The position numbers and the translations under genes are program-made. A stretch of DNA of 64,000 nt from Scenedesmus sp. PABB004 (taxonomy: Eukaryota): positions 4,402,001 to 4,466,000 of the forward strand of contig CM026547.1 of NCBI GenBank assembly GCA_014905635.1, written 5' to 3'. Within the stretch, counting starts at the first letter, position 1. Each line of letters begins with the position of its first letter. Positions 61,330-64,000 of the stretch are shown here, one piece after another. The notes beneath the pieces are model-generated. The model was not told the DNA's origin. It was given only the letters and a program-made list of their open reading frames with translations, and did no database searches.

Positions 61330-63593
61330 TCACAGCTCCTGCTGCCCGCTGCCCCCTTGCTGCGCCAGCCACGCCTTGAGCGCCGCGACGTAGTCTCCCT
61401 TCTCAAAGCACCCCGCGCAGTCCACGCCCTTGGCCGCGACCAGCGCCTTGAGCTGCGCGACCTTGAGGGCGCCCAGGTCGGTGCCCGCGTCCAGCACGAC
61501 CTGCGCCGCGCACTTCTTGCCGCCGGCGTAGCTGCTGATAAAGCGCTGCAGCGGCTCGCTCTTCAGCGCCCCTGGCGGCGGCGGCGGAGGCGGCGGTCGC
61601 GGTCGCGTGAGGCCTGGCGGCGGCGCGGGCGCGGCCCTCGCGGCGCGCGCGCCGCGCTGCCGGCGCGCGCCGCACCCGCGTACGCCTCCGCCGTGCGCGC
61701 GTCGCCGTTGCAGATCGCCACGACCCTGCTCTTGGCGTCGCCGAGCTCGGCCGCGGTGCCGAGCGCGCCGAGCGCCGCGGCCGCGCTGTCCGCCGGCGCA
61801 AAGCCGAGCGCCGCCTTGCCCTTGTAGACCGCAGACAGCGCCTTCCACAGCGACGGCGCGCTGCCGCTGCGCGACACGAGCACGAGGCACAGCCCCCAGG
61901 CCGCGGCGCCCTTGCCTCCCTTCCTGGCGCCGCCGCCGCCGCCGCCGCCGCCGCAGCTCGCGAGCAGGCTCGTGAGGTGCGCGGCCTTGGTCAGCGTGGC
62001 GGCCTCGTTGGCGAGCAGACCGGTCGCCCACGCGCTGATCGCGGCGGCGCTGCGCTCGCCCTGGTAGGCCTGCCAGCTGGTGCTGCCGGGGGCGAGCGCC
62101 ATGATCGTGGGATAGCCGCGCACGCCCTGCAGGCAGCGAGCGGCGCGGGCGGCACGCGTCGGTCGCACGCCGCACCACGCACGCGCGGCGCGCGCGGCGC
62201 GGCGCGCGGCGGCGCGGCGGCGCGCGCGGCGGCGCGCCTGCGCGCTGCAGATGCTCTTGTGGTCGTCGCAGTTGATGGCCGCGACCTTGACGACGCCGCG
62301 CAGCGCGCCCGCGACCTTCTTCCACTTGGGCGCGAGCTGCTGGCAGTGCCCGCACCAGGGCGCGTAAAACTCAACCAGCCACACCCAGCCGCTGCCCGCG
62401 CCGCCGGTGGGGAAGCTGTCGCCGTCGAGCTGCTCCACCGCGTCGCCGTCGCCGTACAGGCCGCCGGCGCCGCCGCCACCGTGGCCGCCGGGGTGCCCGC
62501 CGCCGCCGCCGCCGCCGCCGCCGGGGAAGCCGCCGCCGGGGAAGCCGCCGCCGCCAAACTGGAACCCCCCGCCGCCGCCTGCGGGGGCACGCGGCGCGGC
62601 GCGGCGCGGCGCAGCGTCGGCGCCGGCGCCGGCCGGCGCGGCGGCTGCTGCGCGCGGCGCGGAGGCAGGCACGCGACGGCGGGCGCGCACCGCCCATGTT
62701 GAACTGGAACTGCCGCCCGCCGCCGCCGCCGGCCCCGCCGCCGCCGCCGCCGCCGCCGAAGAAGGCGTTGAACAGATCAAACGGGTCGCCCTGCGGGGCA
62801 GCGAGGCGTGGCGGCGCGCCGACGCCGTGAGGGGCCGCGCCGCGCCGCGCCGCGCCGCGCCGCCTCCGCCGCCGCCCGCGCCGCCGCCGCCGCACGTGGA
62901 ACTGGAAGCCGCCGCCGCCGCCGCCGCCCGGGCCGCCGCCGCCGCCCTGCTTCAGCCCCTCCTCGCCAAACTGCGTGGCGGCGCGGCGCGGCGGCGGCGC
63001 GGCGCGGCCGGGTCGGGGCGCCGTTGCCGCCTGCGCAGCCCGCGTGCCGCCGCCGGCGCGCCCCCTGGTGTGTGGGCCGCCGTGGCCGCCGCCCCTGGCG
63101 CGCCTGATCGTACACCCGGCGCTTCTCGGGGTCGCTCAGCGTCTCATACGCGGCGGCGACTTCCTTGAATTTCTCCTCGGCCGCCTTCTTGTCCGACGTG
63201 TGGCGATCGGGGTGCCATTTGCTGCGGTTGGCGGCGGCGCAGCGGGCGCTCGGCGCGGGCGGCGGGTGGCGCGGCAGCGGCGCGCCGGGCACAACCGCTG
63301 CCGCTGCCGCTGCGTCGGCGCACGCCCGCGAGCCCCTCCCTGGCGGCCGTGAGCGCCGCGCCAGCCGGCGCCCGCACGGCCTGCGCTGCGGCGGCTGCCG
63401 CGGCCGGGAGAGCCTTCCAGGCCCCTGCTGCTGCGCACAGCGCCTGCTTCTTGTAGGCGCGCTTGATGGTCCGGTCATCCGCGTCCTGGGAGATGCCCAG
63501 GATGTCGTAGTACTTGCTGCTGCGCGCCGCCTGGGCCGGCCCGCAGCACGCAAGGGCGAGCGCCAGCAAGATGATGGCCGCGCCTGCACGCAT
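61330..63593 (-). CDS. ER-lumenal J-domain + thioredoxin protein (ERdj3A / algal PDI-D-like) with a C-terminal ARMET/SAP-like motif
   Basis: Signal peptide [54 protein letters not shown]-rich region; [42 protein letters not shown]-terminal QQEL. Confidence 0.92.
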
Positions 63594-64000
63594 GCTCGCC
63601 ACGCCCCGCGCAGGAGCGCCGGGCAGTACGCGGCTGTTTGGTCGGGGCGTACCGCTGTGGCCGGCTGCGCGGCGGCGACGGCAACTGCGCGGCGCCGCAC
63701 GGCCGGGCGCGCGGAGGGACAGCGAGGCGCGGCGCCGCCGCGGGTTTTTCAGTTGTTCGGTTGCCAGCTGCCGCGCCGGCGTGAAAAAACTCCCATTCGC
63801 GTCCGCCATGCGCACGTCCTGCTTGCTTGCTGCTTGCTGCTGCTGCCGCGCGGCCGTCGACGGGGCGCGCGCTGCCGGGGCGCGTCGCTCGCCGCTGACC
63901 GAGCGGTCAAAGGGGGCTCGACGTTGCGTTGGGAGTGTTAGTGTTTTAGTGTTAAACACAAAGGGGTAGTAGACAACACAACGGTGAAGACAAGTAGTAC

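Noticed and set aside
1..64000. Whole window as a functional gene cluster, e.g. a redox or glutathione cluster
   Set aside because: Genes are functionally heterogeneous housekeeping loci. The redox-related ones are scattered and there is no evidence of co-regulation from sequence alone.

Overview
Eukaryotic nuclear DNA of extreme GC content (visually about 80%), gene-dense and intron-rich. Gene content and intron style point to a chlorophyte green alga, probably Sphaeropleales-like (inference). Most long six-frame ORFs are GC artefacts; real genes were rebuilt by hand by joining homologous exons across GT/GC..AG introns. About 19 protein genes are supported: aquaporin (partial), two LRR proteins, a GATase-II/WD40/M20 fusion, a 4-TM membrane protein, a GH88 hydrolase, a large single-pass surface protein, a small orphan, AIR carboxylase, NOT4, an RSP16/DNAJB13-like HSP40, RNA polymerase I largest subunit, PFL-activating enzyme, NDUFS8, a conserved plastid protein, NCA1, a CPYC glutaredoxin, an SDP1-like lipase and an ER J-domain/thioredoxin protein. 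Highlights: (1) a single gene fusing homologues of fungal Dug3 and Dug2, suggesting a one-polypeptide glutathione-degrading (DUG) machine in an alga; (2) a duplicated ~135-nt element in two RPA1 introns that folds as H/ACA-type snoRNA hairpins with a plausible LSU rRNA target; (3) a very high share of GC-AG introns; (4) a secreted bacterial/fungal-type GH88. Gene boundaries and family calls are by eye and from memory, with no database searches.
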